Source: Chrysomallon squamiferum (taxonomy: Eukaryota; Animalia; Mollusca). Taken from it: a DNA stretch of 64,000 bases. Positions 12,801 to 27,314 of the stretch are shown here, piece after piece. The position numbers were made by a program, and so were the translations under genes. Within the stretch, counting starts at the first letter, position 1; each line of letters opens with the position of its first letter. The notes under the pieces are model-generated. The model searched no databases, was not told the origin of the DNA, and saw only the letters and a list, made by a program, of their open reading frames with translations. The stretch lies in assembly GCA_012295275.1 (NCBI GenBank), contig CM022665.1:28582001-28646000 (forward strand). Direction: 5' to 3'.

Positions 12801-15800
12801 AATTTATTTAATTTTGTGTCCTTTTTTATTTTATTTTCAGTAACTAGATGAGACAGTCTTACAAATTTCAAAAGTTATTACTATCAGTACCTACTGAAAT
12901 AATGCTAAATGTATTTAAAAATAAAACAACGAAGTAAAGTAGCAAAATATTCATTATTTATAATATCACATCTGTTATTACAGAAAACATTGTTTACTTT
13001 TCATTTTTTCCATGACTGTTCGTGTAACTTCTTCAACAGTTTGACTAGATTCTATCTTAGCAACAATTCTAGACACATAAAACCAGTTCCCTAACTCCTT
13101 ACAACTGACATCAAATGTTTCTGCAAAATTAAAAATTAAAATAAGATTATTTCATAAGCAACTATTTATCATTTTAAATTTAAATTATAATTTTTTTTTT
13201 GTGTATTATTATATGTGGTAGTGTATGTTAATAAGAAAACTTAAAAACATAATAATACTGAACAATTAAACAGTTTGTTATTGTTTGTCAATAAATGTGA
13301 AAACGATTTGTGAAATAAATCAACGTACTAGAAGGATATGTTTCTATAAAAGAGATAAATATCTATTCATGACAATAGTATTATAAATAGTTTGAAATAA
13401 AACAAAATTATTACAAAAGAGTTGTTAGTTTTAAATAAACCTTGACTCAAATCATTAGTCTGTAAGATAATTAAAAACTTGTTTTAAGCAGATAGTTCTC
13501 TATTTTACATGATAGTAGCAAATTTTAAAATATATTCTTTGAAAAAAAAAAGATTTAATAAAAACTAAATAAATAAAGTAACAATGAATATTTTAAGAAC
13601 TCCCTTGTAAACATTCACTATTTTAGATATAAATCTAGGTACACATATATTATGATAAGTTTTGAAAGCACTAACAAACCCTTTGTCTCAGAACACTGTG
13701 TTAAAGAAGGACTCTCTGATATCTGTGAACTGTTTGTTATTTCTTCACCAACTGTTAATTCATTAAGTAGATCTGAGCTTCTAGTTAAAGGCAAAGTCTT
13801 CAGATATTCTTGTATGTCTGTTACCTAAAATAAAGATAAAATTAATGTTTAGACCAGTAATTATTCCATAAGTCTTGCTGAATCTTAATGTGTATGTCTG
13901 ATAACAGATGCTATTTTAATTCAGCACAAAAATGAGTTTTTGATATTTGTTTTGGAAAATGAAGAAACTTTCAAAAATTTTACCATTTTCAACTGATTCA
14001 ATAAAAACATACATTTTTAAAAACTCAGCAGAACAGCATGTACCCTTGTGAACACATTTCAGTATATATCTTAACAGAGAATTTACTGTGCATTTTTGTT
14101 TTGACAGCTTTATATTAACTGCACTGGAAAATAACACTATGTTTTTAGTGAAAATAAAAATATATTTAAAAAAGAAAAAAACATATCTGAATAATAACAA
14201 TAATAGTCACATCTTATCATTTTTAAAACACAAACGTCACAGAAATAACATTTGAGTTAGACTGATACTATGATGAGTAAATAATTATTTATCATAACTG
14301 TTGTTTTCACAGAGAAAAAGAAAACTGCAAGTATCTCTGTCTGCTGGTTACTGCAGCTGTCTGTTAAATAAAAACAAGTGAAAACAACATGGAGTGATAC
14401 TAACTACTGGTTTGTCTTCAAGATGTAGCTTATGAAGATTAAGGTAACCCACTTGAGCAAATGCATCATCAGAATGAATCACTGTTTCTGTGTGATCACT
14501 GTGTGAAAATATTATACAGAAACCGTGAAAAAAAACTCATTAGAGAGATACATTTTATATATTTGTATCTAAGTGTATCAGACAAAATCATTCAAATTTC
14601 AAAATAAAGTCAAACTGCTTTTAAGTTCTTAAATTATTTAAAGTGTCCTCTTTTGTGGCAGTTTTTTTTTAAAGATTATAAGTCATTTTGGAAGATGCAA
14701 AATATGGATTAAATGTACTATCACTAATAATACACAGATGATCAATACAAGCACATTACAATTTCAATGTTTAGATTTACACAAATGCTCAGTTTTGCTG
14801 TGCTGATATAAAACCTCTACTTACATAACAATTTTCTTGACAAACAAAGGACAGTCTAAAGTAAAGGTTTCATATTCACCTCCTTCACCACAAACATTCA
14901 GTCCGTATGTCTTGTTCTAGTGAATAAAGATACAGGTTTAGAATGAATTTCATGTACAAGAAGTTCAGTTAAACAACAAAAGAAGACATAATGTGTGATT
15001 TGTCTCAGTTTTTTGTCTCCTTAACTAATAACTTGGCAAGTTTTAAATCACCAGATAAAACAGTAACTTGTTAAAAAGAAAGAAAGAAAGAACAGTTAAA
15101 TAATTACATTAGTTACTCTGTAGATTGATAAGAATTACTGGAAAACCTCTTACTAACAACAGTTTTGAATGTTTTAAAAAATGACTACATTATACATTCT
15201 GTACAAAGAATAATAAACAAATTTTACATGACGATGAAGAATAAAATATTTCAATAAAGAGAAATGTATATCAAAGGTTTAAAAAAATGTGTTAATAAAA
15301 AAGTTAAGAAGATTCATCTGTTTTTCTGAAATTGTTCAGTAAGTTTTACTCACCATTTTTATCATATGTGAATAAATCTGCTGCAGTGATTTCCCCAGAT
15401 GTTTGTCAATGTCTAATCCTAATAGAAAGAATGGTATTAAGAAATATGTATTATCATACCAAAACAACTTACATTAACCATAAATCAATCTGAAGCAAAT
15501 TTTATTCACGGGAAATAAAATTAAAGATGTGAATACACTTTGAAAATGTTTTTTAAAAAATAGCAATAAATCCATGAATATTATCTCCAAATAATAAACA
15601 GAATATAAGAATTTTTACTAAAAGAAGTAACTAATGATAAACTCCTGCAATTTTTTTAAAAAATAACAATCCTTAAATTGTCTGTGTATATATTACCAAG
15701 GGCAGCAACTTTAATGACAATGGCTTCCACATGACAATCTAACATTTCTTTAAGAAGCGTTTCCTGATCTCTGTGCCATAGATATGCTAATGATGTTAGA

Positions 15801-17857
15801 TTTAATCGCTGACATCTGAAAAAGAAATAATATCATTAAAGCAAATGTTTATGCACAATTTAACCTAAGCATAAAATAAGTTGTATATAATCAGATACAG
15901 ATAAAATAAAAGGAAACAAATAATGTAAAAAGCCCATTTCATTATATATGTTCACACTATACTCTATACTGAATTCTGCAGTGTACATGCATGTAATGAC
16001 GTTCACACACATACACATACAAATAAAAAAAGTATGCTACATCTTTACAAACACACAAAATATGTAACCAAGATCAATGTCTTCTCTTACTTGTACAAAT
16101 GATTTTACTTTTACTGGTTGTAATTCTTTACTGCAAGTCTGTTATTTTAAAATTTCCATTACCATCAACAACAAAACAGTCCTACAAAAACTATTTCAAT
16201 AATTTGGACAAATATTTTTGAAAACTTACACATTTTCCACCCGAACTCTCTGATAATCAGAAAGAATGGCACCAACAGATACTGCCTCAATCTGGATTTC
16301 ATTCTAAAAAATTAAATAAACAACACACATTAAAATTAACATTTAGCATTTTAAACTAATGTTTTTTTAACTCTGAATTACTATCACTGGTGTTAAAGCC
16401 TGAAAGAATCAACTCAGTTTTGAACATTTGTTTTCTTAGGAATAAGAACTGCACAAATGTTTCCTATGCAAGTCATCAAAAATGTCTGGAATGGAATGCA
16501 TTTTGATGAGTAAATTCAGGAGGATTGTTCTTGCAACCCACCAAAACTGAAGTGAATACTCTATTACCAGTTAAAGTCCACTCCAATTAAGGATGTTAAT
16601 TACTATATTTGAAAATATAATAGTGAAAAATATTTTGACAAGAGGTTAAAAAATAAAAGTATATGAGTTTATCATAGGAGATTTAAGGATTTAAATCATT
16701 CAGATTCAGTTAAACAAAATTAGATTAAGTAATTCTGTTATTTATAATTTTCATGAGTGGAGTTAATATACTACTGCTGACAAGACAATATTTTTTCTTT
16801 CTTACATATAACGCATATATAAACAGAAAAAGAGCTACAAACAAAACAAAATTATTTTCAGTTTTTTTTACCATGACCATTTTCAGAAGTTCATACAAAT
16901 CTTCCACTTCATCATCATTTGTAGGTTTGTAGTCTCGTCCAATTGATTTTGAAAAACCTGAGATTGTTCTGCGATAGAGTGGAAGTCCAGTTGCCTCTGC
17001 ATAAATGTCAATAGCATGATGACCAACAGTTTGAAACATGTAACTATCCATCTCATCTGAAAATAGTGTAATAATTAAATATCTCTGAGTTAAGTTACAC
17101 TTATTCTTCACATGGGAAATATTATTTTGCTACATTGTTTAACAATTCCAAATTTGAAATACCAGTGCAAAATACCACACAAAAAGTCATGGACACCATT
17201 TATCCACATTTTTTTTAAATATAAGACTGCATTGTTATATACAGATTAAATAAATACACCTATTAAGACACATGTAATAAAGTTTAATTAATTATTATTC
17301 TTTCTTTTATATTACATAATTTTTCCAAAAATAAATATTTAACTTTTCATTATAACAGATTTAAATAACTGAGAATATTTAGAAGATTAATATAATACAT
17401 TTTAATTCCAACAGTTACAAACAAACTTACATCGATTAAAAATATATACTTAAAAAAAAATTCAAAAAAAAATCTAATTAGATAAATAAAAGCAGACGAT
17501 ACAGATATTATAACATTTGTTTGTTTTGTATCAGTGATACTATCAGTATCACTCTATTGTTTTACTAACCCTTGCTTTCAGGTCTGAGATTGGCCAAAGC
17601 AACAATTTGATGTCCTTCAGACACGCAGTGCATCATATTGAAACAGCTGTCTTTGCCACCGCTGATATAGAGGAAAAAATAAAAATATAACTGATTTAAT
17701 CAGTGATTATTATTATTATTTCGAATCATTCACTGAAAATAATAATTAAAAAAAGAAAAAAGAATAAAAGTAAATTGAGAATATATATATTATATCTGGA
17801 TTACATTAAAGAACTAGTACTATAATACAGTCACCTAATTAATGCAACCACCTTCAT
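9857..17857 (-). CDS. DPH6: Diphthine--ammonia ligase (diphthamide synthase), long form with C-terminal RidA/YjgF domains, ~681 aa, 17 exons
   Basis: Exons (-): 17835-17857, 17570-17661, 16872-17056, 16230-16303, 15697-15815, 15354-15418, 14825-14916, 14405-14498, 13680-13824, 12998-13120, 12585-12714, 12338-12488, 11665-11904, 11252-11378, 10882-10980, 10317-10484, 9857-9975. All GT-AG, phases consistent, 2046 nt. Motifs: MKVVALISGGKDSCFNMM (PP-loop), DEMDSYMFQTVG, VSVGAILSDYQRVRVENVC, NVCGEGGEYETFTLDCPLF, MHVQSISHWAPANIGPYSQA, VPALPKGALIEWQV. Confidence 0.96.
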
Positions 17858-18009
17858 TATTTGACTACAAGAACATCAAAATCAAAACAAATACATGTGA
17901 TTTTAACCGGAACAGGAAGTATGAAATGTGTTTGTGGAAACATGCGCAGTGTTTATTTCCACGTTGGAAAACGAAAACAATTTTTGGGAAATTTGTTTTA
18001 AGTTAAAGA
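17858..18009. promoter_or_regulatory. Bidirectional promoter of DPH6 and GOLGA5, probably including non-coding exon 1 of GOLGA5
   Basis: Head-to-head genes. Tandem ETS-like sites CCGGAAC and CAGGAAGT at ~17907-17920, NRF1-like CATGCGCA at 17941-17948, a local rise in CpG, and a donor-like GTAGGT at 18010 that could pair with the acceptor TTTTTGCAG ending at 18729. Confidence 0.6.
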
Positions 18010-18738
18010 GTAGGTTTATTGCATTCTTTGTGCTTTTAGTTTATGAGCTTATTCAATCCATTTGATAAAGCGCTTACAAATAAAATAAACTTCTTCAATC
18101 TTCTTTTACTTTATAACTTCAAGACCTGTTAAATATTTGTTGACATTTTTGACAGAAATACAATTTTACACAAATGAGTTAATGACAGAAGTCACTGTCA
18201 GAAGGCCTTTGACCCTTCTATGTAAAGTGAACTTAAATCAAAATTAAATGTAAACAGAACTAACGTAACTGTGACTCCATAGCATAATGTCATTCGATTT
18301 TATTAATAATTATATGAATCATTTGTCAAAATTATAAATGATAATAATTATAATATAATACGTTTATGAATTCATCATATGTGGATTGAAATCTAATCAC
18401 ATTATTTATTATGTGAAATTTCTTTATATGATTACAATGTTTATGAATTGGAAGTCAACTATGCAGTACACAGAGAAGTAAAAAAAACCCAACAAAATGT
18501 GAAATGTGGAATAAATTTCAGTGACTTTTTTTAGTTTTCTTATTTATTTATTTTTTTGTTTTCTTATTATTATTATTATTATTATTATTTTTTTTTTTTC
18601 ATTTTTCAAATAATAATAATAATAACAACAAATAAATAAGTAAATAAATAAAAGATTCAAATAAGATATAATGAGTAAGTTATTTTCAGTTAGGATTTTA
18701 AGGTTTACATTTGTTTACAGTTTTTGCAGATTCCCGTA

Positions 18739-21700
18739 ATGTCATGGTTGTCAGCTGTTACAGGAAAAGCTGAAGATTTCCTTAACAAACTTGACAAATC
18801 TGCAGCTCAAACATTTCAAGTTGAAGATGAGGTTAAAGCAGTTCCTATTGAATCACCAGCCAAAGCCCACTTTTCTGTCGGTGGGTCACCATTCCCAGAT
18901 TCCAGATTGGCTAGTGCTTCAAAAAGTGTTCCATCAAAACTGAATGAACTGAAGGCATCACTTGATCCATCTTCATCTGTCGTTAGTTCTCCTGTAAAAC
19001 CAGCTCCATCAAGATCTGCTACTACAGTAACAAAACCATCACCAGTCGGTTCCAGGAAACAGGAATTGAAGGTTAAGAAGAAAGACTCTGATGAAGCTCT
19101 CTTTGATTTTCTTAACAGCAAGGATCCAGTAGAAGCTGTGAAGAAAAAGATAACTCCAGTGGGAAGTGCCCATCACTCTAGACAATCAAGTACATCATCT
19201 AACATATCTCACAATGAGGTGAAGGCCACAGAAGTTCTTTCAGCAGGAAATGAACTTCCAAGTCTTCCCATTAAAGAGACAGGTTTGTATTTTGTGAATT
19301 ATTTCTGTTAAAATGAATCTTGCAGTCAGATATGTATACTGATTTTAATTTATTTTATAGGGTTGTTTATTTTATATTTATATATTTAAATTTCTTTTTC
19401 CCCATTTATTTTGGTTTTTAATATTTAATAATTTTTTTTAATTTTTCACCTTATATATAGTTACTTGACACATCTTAGAAGAAATCTATTTTAAAACAAT
19501 TTTTTTATCTCTCATTTTCTAAAGTATCTTAAAAGAATGAACTGTTTTATTTTCTCTAAATTATTTTTCTTAATGTTTTTGTATTTAGTTTGTTTTGCTG
19601 TTAATTTAATTATATTTGAAAGAATCCACAGATTCCCAGTCTGAGAGCCCCACTGGGTCCAATACTTCAGCTGACATAGAAGCAATAGCCGATGCCATGA
19701 AGGAAAGTCCCACAGGTAGTGACAACAGCATTCCTGATGACAAGAAAGACCACACCCAGTTATCATCACTGGAATTAGAAAACAGTCTGCTGAAGAAAGA
19801 GATTGCCACACTGAACCAGGAAATGGTCTCTGTCATACAGAGAGCTAAAGATGCACAAACTGGTAATAATAATGATAACCACACATTTTTTTAATATGTG
19901 CATGTGTTATTTATATATATGTATGTTTGTGTGAATGATCATTAATATTAAATATGTAATTGGTAATAGACATTTTATATTAACTGGCATTTATATTTTC
20001 TGCTGAAATATTGATATTTTGTTTGCCCCTATCAGGAATCAGTCCTCCAAAGTTATATAAAAATAATGTGTTGAACTTAAATTACAGAAAAATACAGGTT
20101 TTATATACATCAGCAAAATTTCTTCTAAGTTTTATGGTTTTCTTTAAGATTTTTAATTAGTTCAAAATAAACAATGATTATAGTATGTAAAAACTAAAGG
20201 AGATATTAAAAAATGTTCCCAGTTATATCCTTTTATTAAAGTGCTGTCTACCTTTCTTCTTTTAAAATTTTTAATTAATTTGTTTTTTGCTTATAAAATA
20301 ATCATAAATCTTGTTATTAATTTCAGAGTTGGTGAGAGTGAAACAGCAGTTGAATGACTACAACAGCTCGATGTCCAAACATGACCAGCTGCTTCGAGAG
20401 CTGCAGGCTCGTGAATCTGATCTCACTCAGGCTCTCACTGCAAAGGATTCACAGCTCGCTGTTTTAAGAGTCAGACTCGAGGAGGCAGACAGAGAATATA
20501 AAAACAAAGAGAAACAGATAAATGACTTGTTAGAACACCGTGACAGGTAATTATAAAATCTCTGTAATAATATCTATATAAAATACTGGTTTGCATGAGG
20601 GCGAAAAATGATTAAAAGAAGGCTAAAGATAAATACTAAATCCAGTCTGTAAATTACAAAGTTTTTTTTTTTTTTTTTTTAATTTAAATAAATTTTGCTC
20701 CATTTATTAGTTCATTTTCATAATTTTATTTTTATCACCAATTTAAATTTTAGCAACCGCTTTCAGAGTAACCAGTGGTCTAAACAAAGGTCAGATTTTG
20801 TTTTTAAATTGAATAACTGTCAGGATATGTGTGGTTTTTATTTGTGTGTATCACACTAAGTGAACGCTAAGTCAAAATTAAAGTCTTTCTAATGAAAAGG
20901 TGAAGTCTTTTTATTACTCTGCATACAAAATTAGAAATATATCCCTCTGAAACTGCCTTTTCATAAGACTTGAGGGAGAATACTGAAAAGTTAAAAATAA
21001 GGGAAAAAATGATACAACTTTTATAAAAGAAAAGAAGAAAATTAAATCCGTACTTAGGAATTTAATTTTTCGCATTAAATAGGATGAAGGGTAAAAAGAA
21101 TGAATATGAAAGTTGGAAATTGATTTTTAGAACTTAAATGAAATTCTTTTGTTTTTGTAGGTTATTACAAGACCATTCAGATACAAGTGGCATGCACAAT
21201 AAAGCCTTAGAAACCATGAAAGAAAAACTAACTGAAGTTGAAACAAACTTGAAGAGGGAAAAGGAAGCATTTCAGATGGCACAGGTAAGTTAGCTTTTAC
21301 ACCTTTTTAAAAACTGAGTGAGTAAATACTAGATTTTGTATTCCTTACTTTTTATCATGTAAACATTTTAATAACAAGATCTTTATTTTGTTACTATTGT
21401 TTGGATAACAAATGTTAATTTTTATTATTTTAAATATTTAGAACTGAATATTAAAATAATTTAGTTTGATATTTACAGTGAATATATAATATCCGTTTTA
21501 AAAAAACATTCGTATGCAATCAAATTAACTGTATATCTAAACAAAATAACAACAAAAAACCCCAAATGTATCAAATATTTTTATGAATGCATAATAAACA
21601 TCCTCATTATAAATAAATTTATTTTTTATATAATATGAAATATATCTTTTAAAATTTATTTCAGCAAGAATCTTCAGATCGCCACAGTCGTTTAGTGCAT

Positions 21701-24700
21701 GAACAGCAAACACTAGCAGAATCATTAACAGCAGTGAATAAGAAATATGCAGCTGAAAAATGTAATTATATTATGTATGCAGGAGTGTATGTATGTGTAT
21801 TTGTCTGTAAATAAATGAGTATTTATTTGACAGTTTGTTGCATCATCATCATTATTATTATTATTTAATTTCTGAATGGAAATGTTATTATCCTATATTG
21901 TTCAGGTAATATTTTCAAAATATTTTTATTAATTTATTTCACTCTTTAATTATTAATTTAAAGTCATAATAATAATAATATTAATAATGTTGTTGTTGTT
22001 ATTTGTTTTTGTACAGTGAAAAGTCAAGAATTAATAAATCAGTTGAAAGTAGCTAAGGCGAGTGCTGAAACAGCTCGACAGGAACTGACAGAGTATAAAG
22101 ACAAAGCATCCAGAATATTACAGGTATCATATAATTCCTTTGTTTTTTTCATCAAGTGAAATGTTTTGAACATAATCAGGAGAACCAAATCTAAAGCTAA
22201 TTTGAAATTTAAAATTTTAATAAAATAAGGATTTTATTTCTTAAACAATAACAAGTATTTTTATTAAAATTTGGTTAATTTTTGTAAATGGATATTTTTC
22301 TTTTTTGATACTAAAATTTCATAATTTAAAAAAAAAAATTAAAATGACACCCTGTAGCATATCTTTATTTTTGTGCAGTGATTACATTTTTATTTTAAAC
22401 AACTGATTAAATTTTCATGTTTAAATGTTGTTTTATTTTAGTCAAAAGAAAGGCTGATATCAAGTCTTCGTGACAGATCTGGATCAGGAGCATCAGGTGA
22501 AGCTGTTGGTGTTTCCAGTTTGGAATATGACTCAGTCAAACAAGAGAGAGACATGTTCCGAGATGAAATTCAGCAGTCAAAACTTGTTATTGACAATCTC
22601 AGGCTTGAAATGCAGGTTTGATTGCACCTTTTTTTTTTTAAAAAAAAATAATATCCAGATTAGATTTCTAAAGTTAGATTTTGAGAGCTTTTTCTTAAAT
22701 AACATAAAGACAGTTTATTGAAAACTGTATTAGAATTTTTGAAAATAGGATATCTTTGGAGTGTGGTATCAGCTTTAGATTAATAATTTCAATAATATTT
22801 TGTCTAATTAAACTTTATGATTTTTTTTTTTTTTTTTTTTTTAATTATATTTAATTTTTTAAATTGTTAATTTTGTAGGAACTGGAGAATCAGTTGCAGG
22901 CTGAATCAGACACAGCTCGTGAACAGATTCGAAATCTGGAAGAACAGGCAAAAGAAGAGAAGAACCGAAGAGAAGACCTGGAACAAGAGTTACAACAGCA
23001 GAAACAAGTAAAACCCTTGTACTAGTGGTGTTGGTCTTTTCTTCTTCTTCTTCTTCTTCTTCTTCTTCTTCTCCTACTCCTCCTCCTCCTCCTCTTCCTC
23101 CTCCTCCTCCTCCTCCTTCCTATTCCTCCTCCTCCTCTTCCTATTCCTGTTCCTCCTCCTCTTCTCCTCTTCTTCTTCTTCTTCTTACTGTTATTATTAT
23201 TACATTTGTTGTTGATATTGTTCAATATGTTAAAATTATTATCTTTAAGTACTGTTTTTTTTAAACAAAACACACATAATAATTAATATATTATTTTTAT
23301 TTTTATTTTATTTTTAAATATTCAGGAACTACAATATGCCATTGAAGAGATGCACAAACAGAAAACATCTTTCCAGAGTCGAATAAATGACAGAGAAGCT
23401 GAAATAGAAAAACTGAGAAGTCAGGTAGGATACTAGAGAATAAATATCCAAAAAATAAAACATAGATAGTTAAATACAGATACAGTAGTTTCACTTGAAA
23501 AGAGGTTGTAGCTAAATAACTGCATCCATCTCAGAACTGACTGATTGTTGCAACTTTCCCATTGAGAGAATTCTTTCTTGCAAGTACCCCTTTGTTAATA
23601 TAAGATGTGATTTCAATTCCATGTGAAAATGTATGAAAATCATCCCTTGCTGGTAATCAGCAAGTGTAACTTGTATACAAAATGATTTAATCTAATAATT
23701 CTTAATATATAGCAAGTTGTTGAGATGCTAACAATTTAAAAACATTCAAAAAGAAAAAACCCTAGAACACACAGATAATTTACTATAAATTGTTTAAGGT
23801 TATAAGATAGGTTTTGTTTTAAATTACAAGGTTTAATGTGCTTTCAGACTTTTAAGATTGTTATGCTTATAATATTTTAAGATTACCACATTAATTATGT
23901 ATTAAGATTGCAGAGTTTATTATGTTCTCATTAATTTTAAGAATATCACATTTAGTGTTAAGATTACCACATTTATTATGTATAATTAAGACTACAAGGT
24001 TTATTATGTTTTATTAATTTTAAGATCACCACATTTATTATGTATTAAGACTACAAGATTTATTATGTTTTTATTAATTTTATGATTACCATATTTATTA
24101 TGTGTTAAGATTACCCTATTTATTATCTTATTATGTTTTAAGATGCTGATTTCTGTTTTATATTTAGCTGATGACTAAGAGTATAAGTAGTACAACAGAA
24201 AGTGAACTGGAGTCTAGAGTTCGTGCTCTCACTGACAGCCTTATTCAGAAACAAACCATGCTGGAGGCACTCAGCACTGAAAAAAATTCTCTTGTTCTAC
24301 AGTTAGAGAGGCTGGAGGTATGTTTGTATCACTGAATTAAAACTAAGATTTTTTTTTTTTTTTTTTTTTTAAATTTTAATTTTTTTTTTGCAGTTAATCA
24401 TAAATAAATAAATAAATAATTATGCAGGACAGAATGTGTTTATAACAACTAACAGAGCTGTGGAACAACTGAATTTATTACTGAAAGATCATGTTATGTT
24501 GTTATATTTAGTTAACAAAAAATAGATGTATGTTGCTATTAAACTATTAAACAGCTTTAAATGATACCACTCCAGACATTGAACATTTTTGAAATTAGTC
24601 TGTTGAGAAGTAATTTTGGCCTGTTTGTCTGTGAAATATTATTTTGAGATATGACTGTTATCTGCTAGTTTTTGCATTGATTTTATTTTTGTTTCTGCAG

Positions 24701-26373
24701 CAACAATACCGGGACATTCAGAATTGCGTTCGTTCAGCACCAACTACAGTTAGCATGACTGATGATGATGATGGTAATGCTTTCAGCTATAATGGCCTTT
24801 TCAAAAATTATTTATAATACTGATTATTGTATATAGGAATGATTACCAAGAACCTAGTTAATTAACTTTCCACACATTGGGATTCAGAAAATTGTAAAAG
24901 GAGAGTAAACCTTTTTATTTTATTTTTATTTACTCTTTTTTATTTCTTCTAATTGCTTTAAACAGATAATTCATCAAATACACAGTTTGACCCGAGCAGG
25001 ATAAAGCAGATATTTGAAGAGAATAACCAGTTACTTTTTTTTATCCTGCAATCCTAAATAATACAAATACTAAATGAAATTACCTGTTTTATTTCTCAAC
25101 TCACTGCTTTCAAGAGCACTAGATTCATGCCTATTGATTTTGTTTTTGCCTGTTAAAACAATTTATGAAAACAAAGTAGTTCTGAAATAACAATGTATTA
25201 TTTGTAAAAAGTTACTTTCAGCAATATATGTATGTATGTAAATATATGTAAACAACAAGTAATTTATTGAAGTCAAAATAGTACATCCCTTAAAGCTATA
25301 TTTTTGGTCATTGATTGGAAATATAAAAATAAATGTACACCACATACACAAATGCAAGCAAATGCACATACATACTCACATAAAAACAGATTCATGCATT
25401 CACATTTGATTTTTCAGTGAGACAGAGACTTCCAGGCTACATGAAAGAAGGCCCCACTGATACAGAGGTTACCAGAAGAATGAAGAGAGCAGTGACAGGC
25501 ATAGATAGATTTAGGTAGTATTTAATCACTAATATTTTAAATGATCAATTTTTTAGTTGCTATTTCACTGTAGCAATTTGGAAAAATCAGTGTAAATAAT
25601 TCATATTGCCAAATTTATTTAAATTATGACTTGATCTGACTATAGTTTTAATGTTAATTTTTTTTATAAATTTTCAGTCTGTTGTAAGTTGACCAGTGGT
25701 ATTTCTATAATATAAATCTAATAACTGTTATATTTTCAGCGTGAGACTTGGAATATTTCTAAGACGATATCCAGTTGCCAGAGTGTTTGTTATTATTTAC
25801 ATGGTGAGTTTGGAATTCAGTTTTTAAATATTTCTGTTCAATTGTTTTTATTATTTCCATACATATTTGGAACAGGAAAGGATAATTAAAATGTCATGTG
25901 TGTGTGTGTGTGTGCACACATATTAAAATCAAAATATATATTCTGATATACATTATTTGCTGGTATTAATACTGTAAGAACAGTTTTGTTAATCTTATTA
26001 AGAAGCTGCTGGTCAGTTCCTCATGAGAGCAGATTAGTATTTGTGATAGAATTCCATTAATATCATCATTCTGTTTCTTGTTCACAGTAGCACACTTAAT
26101 CTTGGAACTTTTGATAAATGTCACTTAATGCAATTATTAATATGACAGAAAATAATCCTTTTTGTTGTTCTGATGGATGAGCAGTATTTAGTACAAACTA
26201 TTTAGATGAAGTAACTCAATTTACTGAATGATTTCATTATGGTTACAAATGCAGTGAATAAACTATTTCTTCATCCATAGGCCTTGCTACACATGTGGGT
26301 AATGGTGGTTTTGTTTACATACCAACCAGAGATACACAAAGCTGGCAAACTTCCAGGCAACTTAAATTCCTGA
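18739..26373 (+). CDS. GOLGA5: Golgin subfamily A member 5 (golgin-84), tail-anchored coiled-coil Golgi tether, ~736 aa, 14 coding exons
   Basis: Exons (+): 18739-19282, 19623-19862, 20327-20546, 21161-21284, 21665-21761, 22017-22123, 22442-22615, 22879-23007, 23326-23424, 24168-24317, 24701-24773, 25418-25514, 25740-25803, 26281-26373. All GT-AG, in frame, 2211 nt. N-terminal MSWLSAVTGKAEDFLNKLD, AKDSQLAVLRVRLEEAD, LIQKQTMLEALSTEKNSL, and C-terminal TM IDRFSVRLGIFLRRYPVARVFVIIYMALLHMWVMVVLFTYQPEIH. Confidence 0.96.
23040..23187. repeat. (CTT)n/(CCT)n polypyrimidine microsatellite in a GOLGA5 intron
   Basis: Directly visible; it gives the spurious poly-S/P and poly-R ORFs. Confidence 0.95.
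23800..24145. repeat. Degenerate minisatellite, 25/35 bp units forming a ~60 bp higher-order unit, in a GOLGA5 intron
   Basis: Repeated TTAAGATTACCACATTTATTATGTA and TTAAGACTACAAGRTTTATTATGTTTTATTAATT. Confidence 0.85.
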
Positions 26374-26745
26374 TCATCTGTTTTTGGAGTCCAGGTGGAA
26401 TCAATTCTGTTTTTGTGAATTTTTAAATTCAATAACAAGCTCTGTTGTAATTCTGCTGGTTTTCAGAGTTTGTTACATAAACTGGCAAACATTACTAAGT
26501 AGATTTTAAAACAAAATAGATAAGCCAGTTTAATGTTTTCTTGAACTTAAAATGTTGTCCAAGTATGGTGGTTAATTCAGAGCTGTTTTCTTTGATATTA
26601 AAATCACGAAGTCACCTTATTCCAAAGGAATATATGACTTTACATTAGTATACATACATTATGTGCTTATTTATTGTTCATAAAAGAAACATATATTTTG
26701 ATGAAATTTATAGCAAATGTGGAATTGAGGTGCATTCTCATGTAT

Positions 26746-26750
<5 letters not shown>

Positions 26751-26808
<58 letters not shown>

Positions 26809-26835
26809 CATAGACACACATACACACACACTCAC
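26751..26835. repeat. Compound (TG)n(TA)n(CA)n microsatellite in the GOLGA5 3'UTR
   Basis: Directly visible. Confidence 0.9.
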
Positions 26836-27308
26836 ACAAGTATTATCATTATATATAAGAAGGGTGGGGATCAAAATTAATTTGTTATTATAATATTAGA
26901 CATATTTATGTGGGTTTATTTTTTAACCAAATGTTTGTTTTACAATTACAGACAAAAAACTATGATTTTCTTTTTTAAACATTATTTGTACAAATATTTT
27001 TTTTTTTTTTGTTGTTCTTTTCCTAATTTGTATACCCTAATCTTACCTACAGATCCTGCAAGTTATCCTTCACTATACATTAAAACATAGTAAACCTATA
27101 TAATGTGATAGAGGGGATGTTAAAAAACAAAAAATTAAAAAATCAGAAGTGAAAAAAAAAAAGAGAAATTTGTTGTGTTTAGAATATACTCTGCATTTAA
27201 AATATTTATTTTTATTTCCAGTAAAATTCTGGTTTATGTTTTTACTGTTAAATGATTTTATGTTCTGAATGTATTCATGTATAAAAAAATGATTATAAAA
27301 TGGGTTTC

Positions 27309-27314
27309 AATAAA
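27309..27314 (+). terminator. Candidate polyA signal of GOLGA5
   Basis: AATAAA ~940 nt after the stop codon, near where the strand bias flips from T-rich to A-rich. Confidence 0.4.

Noticed and set aside
18816-19884. Minus-strand ORFs of 92-101 aa overlapping GOLGA5 exons
   Set aside because: Antisense shadows of real coding exons
23022-23273. Protamine-like poly-Arg ORF and poly-Ser/Pro ORF
   Set aside because: Translations of an intronic (CTT)n/(CCT)n microsatellite
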